Positions 1 through 10,296 of a stretch of DNA of 32,000 bases are shown here, one piece after another. The stretch is from Desulfocapsa sulfexigens DSM 10523. GTDB lineage: Bacteria > Desulfobacterota > Desulfobulbia > Desulfobulbales > Desulfocapsaceae. The DNA is taken from NCBI RefSeq assembly GCF_000341395.1, contig NC_020304.1:420001-452000 (forward strand). Reading direction: 5' to 3'. The notes under the pieces are model-generated. The model was not told the origin of the DNA, searched no databases, and saw only the letters and a program-made list of their open reading frames with translations. The translations under genes and the position numbers were made by a program. How positions within the stretch are numbered: position 1 is the stretch's first letter; every line of letters starts with the position of its first letter.

Positions 1-22
1 GAGCTGATTTCATATTCGGATT

Positions 23-2467
23 TTAACCGCTTGTGCCATTCAAACCTTTTTTCAAAATATTCTGCAGCTGATCCATGATGTAGGAGGCTTCTTTTTTCAG
101 ATTCTTAAACAGCTGTTCACAGCCACCAAGGTTTCCTTCTCTTCCCTGCGTCTCCAGAGTATTGCAAATTTCGGACATCATGACGGCCCCCACTGCGCCG
201 TTCATTGATTTCATAGTATGGGCCGCCTGGTGTAAGGCTTCGACATCCTGATTGCTGATTGCATCAGCCAGGGACTGCATTAAGATTGGAGCTCTCTCAA
301 AATAGCTTTCAATAATACCCCTGATAATGTCAGGTCCGCCCTGTTGTTGTATTTGGAGGTAACTCTGCAACATTTGAACATCAAAGCGCATTTTTTCAGA
401 TGGCAGATCATCCCCCTCATCATTCTCCCTGACGGTTCCACTCGTCTCCTGCTCCCATCCAGATGCCCATCTACTGAGGACAGAGTGAAGGTCCTTCTGA
501 CATAGAGGTTTGCTCAAATAGTCATCCATTCCGGCTGCAAGACAGCGTTCACGGTCACCACTCAACGCGTGGGCTGTCAGGGCTATTATAGGAGTACGAG
601 AGCTTCCGTTCTGTTTTTCGAACCTTCGTATTTCATCAGTTGCCATATAGCCATCAAGCTCGGGCATCTGGCAGTCCATGAAAATCAGATCATATTTCTT
701 CCGTTTAACTGCTTCAACTGCCTCTCTGCCATTTACGACCAGATCTACCCTGCAGCCAAAAAATTTCAGCATCGCCTCGGCAACAATCTGATTGGTCCGG
801 TTATCCTCGGCAAGGAGTACCTGGTAGTCATATATCCGGTTCTCCAGCACCTGTTCCTCCTCCTGGTATTCTGACAGAGCAGTGTCCTGATCTTGAGGGA
901 TCTGCAAAAGAATGGAAAACCAGAAAACCGAACCTTTCCCGGGTTCACTTTCCACATCAATTGTTCCCTCCATCATTTCCACCAGTTGCCGTGAAATTGT
1001 CAGCCCCAGACCAGTCCCCCCATATTTTCGTGTTGTACTGCTATCTGCCTGGGAAAAGGTGTCAAAGACAGTTTTTATCTGTTCTCTAGCAATCCCGATT
1101 CCGGTATCACGCACCTCAAAACGCAACAGGCATGCCCCATCCCGCAGTTCTACAAGTAAGGCATTAACATTCACACTGCCGTGATTGGTAAATTTAATTG
1201 CATTACCAATGAGGTTAATAAGAATCTGACGTAATCGTGCCGGATCGCCATAGACGATTCTGGGAACACCTTCTTCAACACTAGTGGTCAGGGATAATTT
1301 TTTTTCATTGGCTGCCTGGGAAAACAAATCATAAACGGATTCGATCATCTCCCTGAGATCAAAATTGATTCTATCAAGTTCAAACCTCCCCGCCTCGATC
1401 TTTGAAAAATCAAGAAGCTCGTTGATTACATACAGAAGGTCTTTTCCGGAAGCGTGAATGGTTTGAACAAGCTGTCTGTGTTTCTCTGGCAGGTCTGCAT
1501 GAAGGAGCAAATCAGCCACCCCGAGAACCCCGTTCATTGGCGTTCTGATCTCGTGACTCATGTTGGCAAGAAATTCACTTTTGGCACGATTGGCTGCCTC
1601 AGCAGCGTCCTTTGCTGCGAGCAGTTGAACGGTCCGGTCTGCAACTTTTTGCTCAAGGGTCTGCTGGTATTGTTTAACTTCTTTTTGCGAAGTGCGCAGC
1701 CTGTCTGTCATCATGTTGAAATTCTCAGCCAAAACAGAGAGTTCAAGTCCACCTTCTATTTCAATACGACCAGTCAGATCACCTGTAGCGATTTTCTGGG
1801 TCGCCTTCGTCAGTGTTTTAATAGGGTTCGTGATTTTTCTGGTCAGGAACAGGGTTGCAAGTATGGCCAGGGTAAGAATACTGAAGGTAAGGGTAAAAAT
1901 TGCCCGTATGGCGTCATTAATCTGCTGACGCATGGGCTGTTTTGAGAGAATTAGACGGACGTAGCCGATCACTTCCGGCAAACCACTCTCCAGAGTACCA
2001 TCATCAAGCTCCAATGAGTCACTGGTTGATCCCTGATTGACAATCGGACAAATAAACTGAATATCTTCCTCCTGTTCGAAAACAGTTACAACATCTTCAA
2101 AAGAAGAGTTGTCTTCCTTCGGTCCTGCAGGGAAGTCAGGGAGGGGGGCTGGCTTGAAACCAGTAACATGGTATTTTTCAATAAGTACCGTTTTATCGGC
2201 ACGAAGCAGAGACAGGTAAACGGTTTCTTCATCTGTTATCACTGTTGCATGCTGAAGGCTCTCCCGGTCTTCGGCAAAAACCGCATATTCGCTGAACCTA
2301 GCTATCAGCTTACTTTTTTCTGTCCCTTGAGTCAGCAGAGCTTCAAGTCCGTCAAGGTGTTTCTGATATACTTCAACAGCTGTTATGCATAGACCTGTAG
2401 TCAGAACCAGGAATATTGACAAGAGGTTGAATTTACCAGCTAGACTTGATCCTTTTCTGTGGCTCAT
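23..2467 (-). CDS. Membrane-bound hybrid sensor histidine kinase (TM-sensor-TM-HAMP-HisKA-HATPase-REC-Hpt)
   Basis: 814 aa ORF. H-box '[20 protein letters not shown]', N-box '[12 protein letters not shown]', G-box 'DTGIGIA' and 'GTGLGL', receiver '[15 protein letters not shown]', C-terminal Hpt-like '[12 protein letters not shown]', and a HAMP-like segment after the second TM. Confidence 0.95.
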   Translation of the reverse strand: MSHRKGSSLAGKFNLLSIFLVLTTGLCITAVEVYQKHLDGLEALLTQGTEKSKLIARFSEYAVFAEDRESLQHATVITDEETVYLSLLRADKTVLIEKYHVTGFKPAPLPDFPAGPKEDNSSFEDVVTVFEQEEDIQFICPIVNQGSTSDSLELDDGTLESGLPEVIGYVRLILSKQPMRQQINDAIRAIFTLTFSILTLAILATLFLTRKITNPIKTLTKATQKIATGDLTGRIEIEGGLELSVLAENFNMMTDRLRTSQKEVKQYQQTLEQKVADRTVQLLAAKDAAEAANRAKSEFLANMSHEIRTPMNGVLGVADLLLHADLPEKHRQLVQTIHASGKDLLYVINELLDFSKIEAGRFELDRINFDLREMIESVYDLFSQAANEKKLSLTTSVEEGVPRIVYGDPARLRQILINLIGNAIKFTNHGSVNVNALLVELRDGACLLRFEVRDTGIGIAREQIKTVFDTFSQADSSTTRKYGGTGLGLTISRQLVEMMEGTIDVESEPGKGSVFWFSILLQIPQDQDTALSEYQEEEQVLENRIYDYQVLLAEDNRTNQIVAEAMLKFFGCRVDLVVNGREAVEAVKRKKYDLIFMDCQMPELDGYMATDEIRRFEKQNGSSRTPIIALTAHALSGDRERCLAAGMDDYLSKPLCQKDLHSVLSRWASGWEQETSGTVRENDEGDDLPSEKMRFDVQMLQSYLQIQQQGGPDIIRGIIESYFERAPILMQSLADAISNQDVEALHQAAHTMKSMNGAVGAVMMSEICNTLETQGREGNLGGCEQLFKNLKKEASYIMDQLQNILKKGLNGTSG

Positions 2468-2483
2468 ATTTTGCTTTTCCTCA

Positions 2484-3440
2484 CTAGTAAACCTCCGCGG
2501 CCTCTTGAATCAGAAGAGGATCAAGTGTCAGGCGAAGATGGTCTGCAGTTTTCAAATTCAGCTCATACATTACCTTCTCGGGGGTGACTGGTGCGATATC
2601 ACTCACCTTCGTTCCAGAGAAAATTTTTTCTGCAATCACACCACATTGCCTGCCCAAATCCATATAATCCCATGTGAGAGCAAAAAGTGCCCCTGCTTTC
2701 ACCCAGGATGAAGAAAGGCCGACGAAAGCAATATGGTTACGGAAGGATGAGAGCAGCACAGCCTTGGCCGTTTTATTTGAATAAACCGTATTGTCCGGGA
2801 TCCCAAGCAACATACTTGCTTTTCGACCAAGGGATTTGAGTGCAGGGGGAAGATCTGTAATCGTTGCCACCGGGATTGCATCAATCTCGATGCCAAACTG
2901 TTCTGCACTTTTTTTCATGACGGCAACTAACTGGCTGTTTTCCTCAGGATTGTACAGTATGGCTATACGGTCAATGGCGGGGAAGAAACGTCGGACCCAC
3001 TGAAGCCGGACCTCTGGAGGATAACATAACAGAACACCTGTTGCCCTGGGAGAGTGAACAAAAACCTGCTCGTTCAACACCATGGCTGCAACCAGTGGTA
3101 CATCGGGAATTGAGTTCAAGCCAACTTGGGTTGCGTTTGAACCAATGGTTAACAGAAGAGCCGGCTTTTGCTCATTGATTTCCTTTATAATTTTTCTGTT
3201 CTCTTCCTCTGTTCTTTGTAAAAAGTAATGCTCAAATCTTGCATCCGGAAACTTCTCAAGCACCTGTTTCCTGAATCCTTCGATCACCAGAATGCAGTAT
3301 TCAGAGTTATGACTGCTCAATGAGACTATGGGCGATCTTTCCATGGCCAAAAGGCCCCGCCAAGCAAGAACAACACAAAATATCACTCCAATCAGGATGA
3401 GGTACAGTGATGATGACCATTTAGGCATTGCTGAACGCAT
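2484..3440 (-). CDS. ABC-type uncharacterised transport system substrate-binding protein (COG2984-like), N-terminally membrane anchored
   Basis: 318 aa ORF with an N-terminal hydrophobic helix '[16 protein letters not shown]' and periplasmic-binding-protein-like segments '[13 protein letters not shown]...DVPLVAAMV' and '[13 protein letters not shown]'. Confidence 0.75.
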   Translation of the reverse strand: MRSAMPKWSSSLYLILIGVIFCVVLAWRGLLAMERSPIVSLSSHNSEYCILVIEGFRKQVLEKFPDARFEHYFLQRTEEENRKIIKEINEQKPALLLTIGSNATQVGLNSIPDVPLVAAMVLNEQVFVHSPRATGVLLCYPPEVRLQWVRRFFPAIDRIAILYNPEENSQLVAVMKKSAEQFGIEIDAIPVATITDLPPALKSLGRKASMLLGIPDNTVYSNKTAKAVLLSSFRNHIAFVGLSSSWVKAGALFALTWDYMDLGRQCGVIAEKIFSGTKVSDIAPVTPEKVMYELNLKTADHLRLTLDPLLIQEAAEVY

Positions 3441-3452
3441 TGGATCACCTGA

Positions 3453-5468
3453 TTAAAATGAATAATCGAGTTTAACTCTAAATGTACGACCATCCTGATC
3501 AATGGCGTCCTGATAATGTTCTTCCGAAGCGGGATAGGCATATTTTCGATCGAAAAGGTTGTATATGCTTGCTGACAAGGTCACACCTTTAATCACATTC
3601 TTGCTGAGAAAAGTAAGATTTGTCAGGAAAAAATCATCGGTCATATTCTCATTTAATGTCTTACGCCCACTTTCATATTGCACTTCCAGGCCTGCCATCA
3701 GTTTGTTTTCTAAAAGAGGAATCATGACATTAGCCTTAGCCATATTGAGCGGTGAATTAACCATCCTTTCACCAGTCGATTTGTTTTTGGCGTTCTGGTA
3801 GGAATAACTGACTGATCCAGCCCACCCGTTATCCCAACGCCCCTCAATCTGAACCTCTCCTCCCATGGCTTCTGCCTTCCCTAGATTTTTAAAAACAAGC
3901 AGTTCATCGGCAGGGTCTGTGGTCAGGACAAGCAGGTCTTTAATCTTGTTATGGTAGGCTGAAAATACTGCCCGTGTATTCTCAGTAATTTTTTGCTCTA
4001 CTATGACCTCAAAGGTTTCAATGGTCTCAGGAACGAGATTATCAGCAAGCTTCTGTGTGATATCTCCGTCGTGGTAATAGAGTTCATATGCATTGGGTGC
4101 TCTAAAAGCGGTACCATAGAGCAGTTTCAGATTAGTTCGGGAAAGAGGCGTATAGATGAGGGCAATCCTGGGATTTGTAGTGGAACCAACTGTATCGAAA
4201 TAGTCGTAGCGGACTCCCAGATTAAGAAACAGATTATTCAGAATCCTGATTTCATCCTGCAGAAAAAACGCCCAGGTAAAATCGTTTGATTTGGAATCAA
4301 GATACAGCTCATAGGCATCCCATTCTTCCTGCTCCTGACGCAGACTGTCACGAAGTTCTGCTCCAAAGGTCAGTTTTTGCCCTTCAAGCAGGGAAAGAGT
4401 TGCTGAAGCTTCAGCTCCCCACCATCTGCCCATGGCCCAGTCAGAAAATTTCTGGAGATCTGAGAGATCACCTTCTTCGGAGTAGTCAACGATCCAGTCG
4501 CCATCATATTGATACTGGTCATAGTAGAGACGACCAGTCAATTCGATTGAACTCTCTGTTAAATGTTCGTATTTAAGATCAAGATATGAGTGTTTATCCC
4601 AGGTGCGGGTACCGGAATCATTGAATACCGTATCATAGGGTGCTGTTGGAACGCCTTTCTCCCGATTCACATATGCGCCTTCCAGAGTAAAATCACCAAA
4701 AGAAAGTTTGCCAAAAAGGTTCTGGAAGTTTTCATCATCAGCTCCGGCTGCAATGCCATGGTTACTGGCTGGATCATCAAATGCCTCAAAGTAAAGATCA
4801 TCCCCGTTGCTGTCGTGGTAAGTACCTGAGATAAGTAGCTCGAAGCCGTTAGCAAAACGTTTTCCGTAACTCAGGCGTCCCTGGTAACGATCGAAACTGC
4901 CGGCTGCTCCTGAAACTTCACCCCCTTGAAAATCCCGGCCTTTTTTGGTTATCACATTGACCACTCCAAAAAAAGCACTGTTACCGTACAGGGATGAGCC
5001 TGGCCCGCGCACCACCTCAACTCGATCGATAAGATCAACATCCAGGATAAAGCCACCATCAATGTAGCCACTGTCGTAGATGTTGTCATTCATCCGGTGA
5101 CCATCGACCAGTTGTAGAAACTTGCTGTTATAATCTCCTCCAATACTGAAACCACGTGAACCGGAATACCCGTAGTTACGATCATAATTCAGATAAAATC
5201 CGGGTAAACTGTTGAGGATATCGGCAAGTGTCCTATACCCATATCGCTGGATTTCCCTGGCAGTAACGATACTGATTCTGGCTGGTGCTTCGGTAACTTT
5301 CTGGTCGTATTTAGAAGCTGAGTAGACTGAGGCAATGTCCTGAAAGAGTATTTCTTCGCTTGCCACTTCACCCAATCCCAGATCATCTGACTGAGCCATT
5401 CCTGAGACAGGCCAGGCCAGAGTAGACAAAGCAAAAAGCATACCTGCGACTTTACAGTACGATTTCAT
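3453..5468 (-). CDS. TonB-dependent outer membrane receptor
   Basis: Signal peptide, TonB-box/plug region 'VTEAPARISIVTAREIQRYGYRTLADILNSLPG', 'VEVVRGPGSSLYGNSAFFGVVNVITKKG', and C-terminal beta-barrel ending in 'VKLDYSF'. The ORF is open to 5486; the ATG at 5468 leads directly into the signal peptide. Confidence 0.93.
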   Translation of the reverse strand: MKSYCKVAGMLFALSTLAWPVSGMAQSDDLGLGEVASEEILFQDIASVYSASKYDQKVTEAPARISIVTAREIQRYGYRTLADILNSLPGFYLNYDRNYGYSGSRGFSIGGDYNSKFLQLVDGHRMNDNIYDSGYIDGGFILDVDLIDRVEVVRGPGSSLYGNSAFFGVVNVITKKGRDFQGGEVSGAAGSFDRYQGRLSYGKRFANGFELLISGTYHDSNGDDLYFEAFDDPASNHGIAAGADDENFQNLFGKLSFGDFTLEGAYVNREKGVPTAPYDTVFNDSGTRTWDKHSYLDLKYEHLTESSIELTGRLYYDQYQYDGDWIVDYSEEGDLSDLQKFSDWAMGRWWGAEASATLSLLEGQKLTFGAELRDSLRQEQEEWDAYELYLDSKSNDFTWAFFLQDEIRILNNLFLNLGVRYDYFDTVGSTTNPRIALIYTPLSRTNLKLLYGTAFRAPNAYELYYHDGDITQKLADNLVPETIETFEVIVEQKITENTRAVFSAYHNKIKDLLVLTTDPADELLVFKNLGKAEAMGGEVQIEGRWDNGWAGSVSYSYQNAKNKSTGERMVNSPLNMAKANVMIPLLENKLMAGLEVQYESGRKTLNENMTDDFFLTNLTFLSKNVIKGVTLSASIYNLFDRKYAYPASEEHYQDAIDQDGRTFRVKLDYSF

Positions 5469-5746
5469 AACAATTCCCTTCTGCAAATAGCCGGATTAAT
5501 ATCTATCTGGTACAACATTTCCAGTTCATACGTTATGGTACATGGAGGAGCACGGTTATTGCGTCCATTTTTCCAGGTACAACTCTTAAGCATCCTCACT
5601 TATAAGTCTATCACAGGACCCCTCCGACATTCAAGAGAGGCAGATCATTCTCCTGACTCTTACAGAGAAATATTGCTTTTCCCCTCTCTCGTGCTACCAT
5701 TGAAAAGTTGCATCAACAAAGAACCTTATCGATTGGAAGTGAAACC

Positions 5747-6442
5747 ATGAAATCATTGTCTGTCTTCTGTGTAAGTCTTTGCTGCACCGTAATGAGTTAC
5801 CTGCCATCCGCCTATGCAGTTGACGCCAGGTGGCATTTCATCGACACCTTTGAAGGGGTGAATCTCTATCGTGCCCAGGAAAACAAGGAAGGGCTTCTCC
5901 CCTTTAAAGCCACAGCGGAGCTTGACATCCCCTATCAACAGATAGTTAAGACCCTCGTCGATACCGAAAAAAAACAGCAGTGGGCACCAAAACTCAAATC
6001 AACGACCATTCACAATCAATTTTCAGCAAACCGTTTCGAGTACAGCGAATACTACACCACACCCTGGCCTTTTGAAGATCGGGAATTCCTGCTCATGGGT
6101 ACAGTGACATACGAAAAGGATCAGATCCTCTTTTCAGGAGTGAACTCTACAAATAAGGCCCTGGCTGCTGATGATCACACCCTGGCTAACGTCGATATTC
6201 TTGAATTTGCAATCTTTCCATTGGATGCACAGCGCAGCCGGGTAGAATTCACCTTTTCCGGCGATATGGGCGGCTGGATTCCGGATTTCGTCAAGACAAT
6301 TATCCAAAAGAAATGGCCGGTACGGTTCATCCAGGCCCTGCAAAGCTATATTAACGAAAACCCAAGCCTTGACACTCTGAGATATAAGAATTTAGAGAAA
6401 GGTGAGGTGGTCTTTTCAACCAGACTGTCCACCCAGTCATAA
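5747..6442 (+). CDS. START/SRPBCC-like lipid-binding domain protein with signal peptide
   Basis: ORF open from 5708; the ATG at 5747 begins a signal peptide (MKSLSVFCVSLCCTVMSYLPSAYA). START-like pattern 'ATAELDIPYQQIVKTLVDTEKKQQWAPKLKSTTI ... YYTTPWPFEDREFLLMGTV'. Confidence 0.72.
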   Translation: MKSLSVFCVSLCCTVMSYLPSAYAVDARWHFIDTFEGVNLYRAQENKEGLLPFKATAELDIPYQQIVKTLVDTEKKQQWAPKLKSTTIHNQFSANRFEYSEYYTTPWPFEDREFLLMGTVTYEKDQILFSGVNSTNKALAADDHTLANVDILEFAIFPLDAQRSRVEFTFSGDMGGWIPDFVKTIIQKKWPVRFIQALQSYINENPSLDTLRYKNLEKGEVVFSTRLSTQS

Positions 6443-6910
6443 AAGCCCCTCTCTTTTCCTGGAATTACCAGTAGCTTTTCGGGAAAATCTTCCCTCTGGT
6501 TATTTTTTTCTTGCAGAAAAATACGTTATAGAGCATTATAGGCAAAGACGTTCGAGTTCTACTTTAAGTAGAAGCATGTTCTTTCACGTATTCCCGCCTA
6601 AGTTGTTCTCTTCGTACATCATTCGCTATCGTAGAAATTATTTGCTAATCACCCGAGAGAAACAGCATAAAACTGCATACCAACAGCCGCTCCTGCATTA
6701 CTACTGAATTGGAATCAAGAAATTCTTTTCCAGCAGGAATCTTTTGGCAAATGCCTCAACACAGTATTCTCTCAAAAATTTACCGATAGAGCAGAAATCA
6801 ATCCTCACTGATTGTCAACATACCAGCAGCAACAAGCTGCATTATAGAGTACGGGTGGGAAAAATGATTTCATACCCCCAGTACTTATCTATCCCCCAGA
6901 AGGAGTTTTA

Positions 6911-8140
6911 ATGAGTTTCACAGTATTCCAGTTTCACCCCCAGATCCAGAAAGCCCTTGATACTAGTGGCTATGCATCACCTACCCCCATTCAGGCACAA
7001 TCTATCCCTCCGGTCTTAGCCGGACGTGATCTTCTTGGCCTTGCCCAGACCGGCACAGGCAAAACCGCAGCTTTTGTTCTCCCCCTCCTGCAGCGCCTGC
7101 ATACTGGCCCAAAGGGAAAGGTTAGAGCTCTGATTATTGCCCCTACCCGGGAACTTGCAGAACAGACCCATAGCTATATCATCAAGATGGCAGAACATAC
7201 CCACCTGCGCAGCATGGTAGTTTATGGTGGAGTCAGCAAGCAGTCCCAAATCAATGCTATCCGGAAAGGTGCAGAGATTATTGTAGCCTGCCCGGGTCGT
7301 CTCCTTGACCTGGTAAACACAAAGATCATCAATCTCTCCACCGTCGAGATGCTGATCCTGGATGAAGCAGACCACATGTTCGACCATGGCTTTTTACCAG
7401 ACATTCGACGGATTTTGAGTAAGGTTCCACGGCAGCGACAGACCCTTGTCTTCTCCGCCACCATGCCCAAAGAGATTCGTTCCCTGGCAGAAGACATTCT
7501 CACCAATCCTGCCACCGTGCAGATCGACCATACCAAACCGACGGCATCGATCTCTCACTCATTTTACCAGGTTGAACAGAGAAACAAGACAAACCTGCTT
7601 CAAAAGATTCTGCTACAAAAAGAAATTACAACAGCCATTGTTTTCACCAAAACGAAACACAAGGCCAAGAGTCTTGCCTACCAACTGCAAAAAACAGGTT
7701 GCAGAGCAACTTCTCTTCAAGGCAACCTTTCGCAACAGAAACGACAGTTAGCCCTGGAAGGATTCAAAAGCGGAACATACAATGTTCTCGTAGCCACCGA
7801 TATTGCCGCTCGCGGCATCGATGTTTCCGGAATTTCTCATGTAATCAACTTTGACATGCCTTCAACAGCAGAAACGTATACCCACCGTACCGGACGAACA
7901 GGACGGGCAAGTTGTAGCGGTGAGGCATACACCTTTGCAACCCCGGACGATAATAAAATGACCAGAGCCCTTGAACGTTCTTTAGGGAAAAAGCTGGTGT
8001 ACAAAAAAGAATCGGGCCTTAAAGAAAAGATGCAGTTTTCAGGAGATAGAAGAGAACACCAACCATCCGCCGGGATCAGTAAAAAAGTGTCACTCACCGC
8101 GGGAACAAGAAAATTCCCCCGGAGCCAGACCGTAGCATAA
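6911..8140 (+). CDS. rhlE: DEAD-box ATP-dependent RNA helicase, RhlE-like
   Basis: 409 aa ORF: 'AQTGTGKTAAF', 'PTRELAEQ', 'DEADHMFDHGF', 'SATMP', 'VATDIAARGIDV', 'HRTGRTGR'. Confidence 0.92.
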   Translation: MSFTVFQFHPQIQKALDTSGYASPTPIQAQSIPPVLAGRDLLGLAQTGTGKTAAFVLPLLQRLHTGPKGKVRALIIAPTRELAEQTHSYIIKMAEHTHLRSMVVYGGVSKQSQINAIRKGAEIIVACPGRLLDLVNTKIINLSTVEMLILDEADHMFDHGFLPDIRRILSKVPRQRQTLVFSATMPKEIRSLAEDILTNPATVQIDHTKPTASISHSFYQVEQRNKTNLLQKILLQKEITTAIVFTKTKHKAKSLAYQLQKTGCRATSLQGNLSQQKRQLALEGFKSGTYNVLVATDIAARGIDVSGISHVINFDMPSTAETYTHRTGRTGRASCSGEAYTFATPDDNKMTRALERSLGKKLVYKKESGLKEKMQFSGDRREHQPSAGISKKVSLTAGTRKFPRSQTVA

Positions 8141-8177
8141 CAGCAGTATTAATATAGCAATAGCAACAAAACAGTTA

Positions 8178-8201
8178 CCGGATCGTATTTAGACGATCCG
8201 G
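8178..8201. promoter_or_regulatory. Perfect hairpin between helicase and cold-shock gene
   Basis: CCGGATCGT-ATTTAG-ACGATCCGG: 9-bp perfect inverted repeat with 6-nt loop. No clear T tract follows, so terminator versus 5'UTR element is undecided. Confidence 0.6.
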
Positions 8202-8252
8202 CTCTATTACAAAAAGGTTCTTAAATGAACCAGCACAAAGGAGTAGTACACA

Positions 8253-8453
8253 ATGGCCGAAGGAACAGTTAAATGGTTTAATGATTCAAAAGGTTTTGGT
8301 TTTATAGAAGAAAATGGTGGAAAGGATGTCTTTGTTCATCATTCAGCAATTCAGGGCGACGGTTTCAAGTCTCTCGACGAAGGTGCACGAGTAACCTTTG
8401 ACATTGTCGATGGCCCTAAAGGACCAGCTGCAGAGAATGTTGTCAAACAGTAA
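8253..8453 (+). CDS. cspA: Cold-shock domain protein (CspA family)
   Basis: 66 aa: '[63 protein letters not shown]', with RNP1 (KGFGFI) and RNP2 (VFVHH). Confidence 0.97.
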   Translation: MAEGTVKWFNDSKGFGFIEENGGKDVFVHHSAIQGDGFKSLDEGARVTFDIVDGPKGPAAENVVKQ

Positions 8454-8469
8454 CACATTTCTTTGACAG

Positions 8470-8510
8470 GAGAGCAAAAGACCTCGCTAAATGCAAGGCC
8501 TTTTGCTCTC
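8470..8510 (+). terminator. Hairpin after cspA, likely transcription terminator
   Basis: GAGAGCAAAAG ... CTTTTGCTCTC, 11-bp perfect stem with extra inner CCT/AGG pairing, 17 nt after the cspA stop, followed by AT-rich 'acaatatttt'. Confidence 0.65.
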
Positions 8511-9117
8511 ACAATATTTTCACACCGAATATACGAAACCAACAGGAAAATACCTTGGCCAGAACAAATTATTCATACGAGAAACGCCAGAAAGAATTAG
8601 CAAAGAAAAAAAAGAAAGAAGAAAAAAAGCAGCGCAAGATTGCGAAACAGGAGGATACGACCGAGCAAAAAGACGATCTATCTTCGTCTGAAGATGGTAG
8701 TGACAACTCCTTGTCACAGAGCATCTGACCGTTTTTTTGTTCCACACCTTCAACATCGCCTCTGCTTGAGGCTTGTTCCTCCACTGTCACAATAACGTTC
8801 TCATGACAGACTGCCCTCCCCCCCCTGTGTGGTAAGTACGTAAAATAGCCTCGGTCTTCTGTGGTGGAAATCTTCGTGAATACTGCTCCAAAGGGCGATT
8901 TGTACCCTGCGATCTCTTTTTAAAAGATCCCTGTCACCGATATTTCTGATGCTCTTTTAGATCCAGAAGGAAAGGCCAGCCCCACAATCAGTTCCCCATT
9001 TTCATTTTATCCTTTCGAACAGTTTTAGGTAACAGCCCCCCTTTTTTTACTGGCACCCTGATCTTTTCGGGTTTTATCGCCATCGAATGCTCTCTTTACT
9101 TTTGTTTTCTGCAATCA

Positions 9118-9620
9118 TTGTATTACTATGTGCTCCTTCAAGGAGAATCACGAGATAAAAATGCACTATCGTCCATAGCAAATCTTGTCCTGATATTTGG
9201 ATTTTTATTCGTAATTTCCTGCTATAAAGACCGACAGGATGGAAAATCAAGCTTTATGGTCAGAAAGAACGCGACATCTTTTGTACGGAAGTACTCCCAT
9301 ATACTTGGCAGTGATGATGCGAAGGTGTATATTGTCGAGTTTATAGATCCAGCGTGTGAAACTTGTGCAGCATTTGTCCCCTTTATAAATAGGGAAATTC
9401 CTTTTTCAGGTTGGACTTGATATGGAACGGCTCAAACCGGACATAAAGAATCCTGCAATTACCGCACTTGTTACGCAGGATCTAGCTAACGCCAAAATCT
9501 TAAATGTCCGAAAGACACCTACCTGGACTTTATCAACAACAAACCGTTACAGGAGGTCTGGTTTACGCTGAACTCCGAGAAGCTTATCAGAAAGAGAAGT
9601 GCAGACTTACGGATTAATTA
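9118..9620 (+). pseudogene. Decayed DsbA-like thiol oxidoreductase (internally deleted and frameshifted)
   Basis: Frame 1 gives 'FVRKYSHILGSDDAKVYIVEFIDPACETCAAFVPF' (thioredoxin-like CxxC region), then stops at 9420. A different frame gives 'QVGLDMERLKPDIKNPAITALVTQDLANAKILNVRKTPT'. Further frame changes give 'FINNKPLQ' and 'GLVYAELREAYQKE', which resemble the DsbA cis-Pro region and C-terminus. Confidence 0.75.
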
Positions 9621-9622
9621 AC

Positions 9623-10132
9623 ATGACGAAATCACTATTCTTACCACTCTTGTTTTGTTGTTCTCTTTTACTCCTTGTGGCCTGTGGAGCCCCTCCGGAA
9701 GTGGCGGTGGTTGGAAAACCTGCTCCGGATTTCAGCCTTGTCGACAGGCAGGGAAAAACCTGGACGCTTTCCGAATTAAAGGGCCAGGTGGTCTTTGTCA
9801 ATTTCTGGGCCACCTGGTGTGCTCCTTGTCGCGAAGAGATGCCCGCAATGCAGGAACTGCATGAAGAACTGCCTAAGGACAGATTTAAGATGCTGGCCAT
9901 ACTGAATAAAGATGAACCAGCCCTGGCTGACAGCTTCGCGGCAAAGCTTGGACTCAGCATGCCAATCCTCGATGATCAGGCGAATACGGTTGGCGTAAAA
10001 TATGGCCTCACCGGCGTACCCGAGACTTTTATTATCAATAAAGAAGGCATCGTTGTGAGAAAGTTCATCGGCCCCGCCCAATGGAATTCTCCCAGATACA
10101 TTCAGATGCTGAAGCAATTTATGGATCAATAA
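9623..10132 (+). CDS. TlpA/ResA-like thiol-disulfide oxidoreductase, putative lipoprotein
   Basis: Lipobox-like 'LLLVACG', redoxin 'GKPAPDFSLVDRQGKTWTLSELKGQVVFVNFWATWCAPCREEMPAM', and 'GLTGVPETFIINKEG'. ORF open from GTG 9599; the ATG at 9623 starts the signal peptide. Confidence 0.92.
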   Translation: MTKSLFLPLLFCCSLLLLVACGAPPEVAVVGKPAPDFSLVDRQGKTWTLSELKGQVVFVNFWATWCAPCREEMPAMQELHEELPKDRFKMLAILNKDEPALADSFAAKLGLSMPILDDQANTVGVKYGLTGVPETFIINKEGIVVRKFIGPAQWNSPRYIQMLKQFMDQ

Positions 10133-10296
10133 TGAAAAAGAAAAACCAATCTCCACCAGTGAAAATCCGCAAAGCTCCATTTATAACAATCTTTGTTTTT
10201 CTAGTTCTTGGGGCCGTGGGGATCAGCCTGGGCGAGCCGTCACGAGTTCTTGAGCAGGCAACCCGAATATGCCTCTCCTGCATAGGAATAGGCTGA
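10132..10296 (+). CDS. Small membrane CXXC-motif protein (CD1871A-family-like)
   Basis: 54 aa 'MKKKNQSPPVKIRKAPFITIFVFLVLGAVGISLGEPSRVLEQATRICLSCIGIG': one TM helix and terminal CLSCIGIG. Start and stop overlap the flanking genes. Confidence 0.75.
   Translation: MKKKNQSPPVKIRKAPFITIFVFLVLGAVGISLGEPSRVLEQATRICLSCIGIG

Noticed and set aside
5487-5746. Cobalamin or other riboswitch upstream of the TonB receptor
   Set aside because: I looked for a conserved B12-box-like segment on the minus strand and saw none; an Rfam/Infernal scan would be decisive.
6551-6580. Possible tRNA T-arm ('gttcgagttc')
   Set aside because: No matching acceptor stem, anticodon arm or correct T-stem pairing around it.
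8569-8790. Minus-strand ORFs (73 and 78 aa) with Phe-rich stretches
   Set aside because: The Phe-rich segment is the reverse of an A/G-rich, Lys/Glu-coding tract; no ribosome-binding or family evidence.
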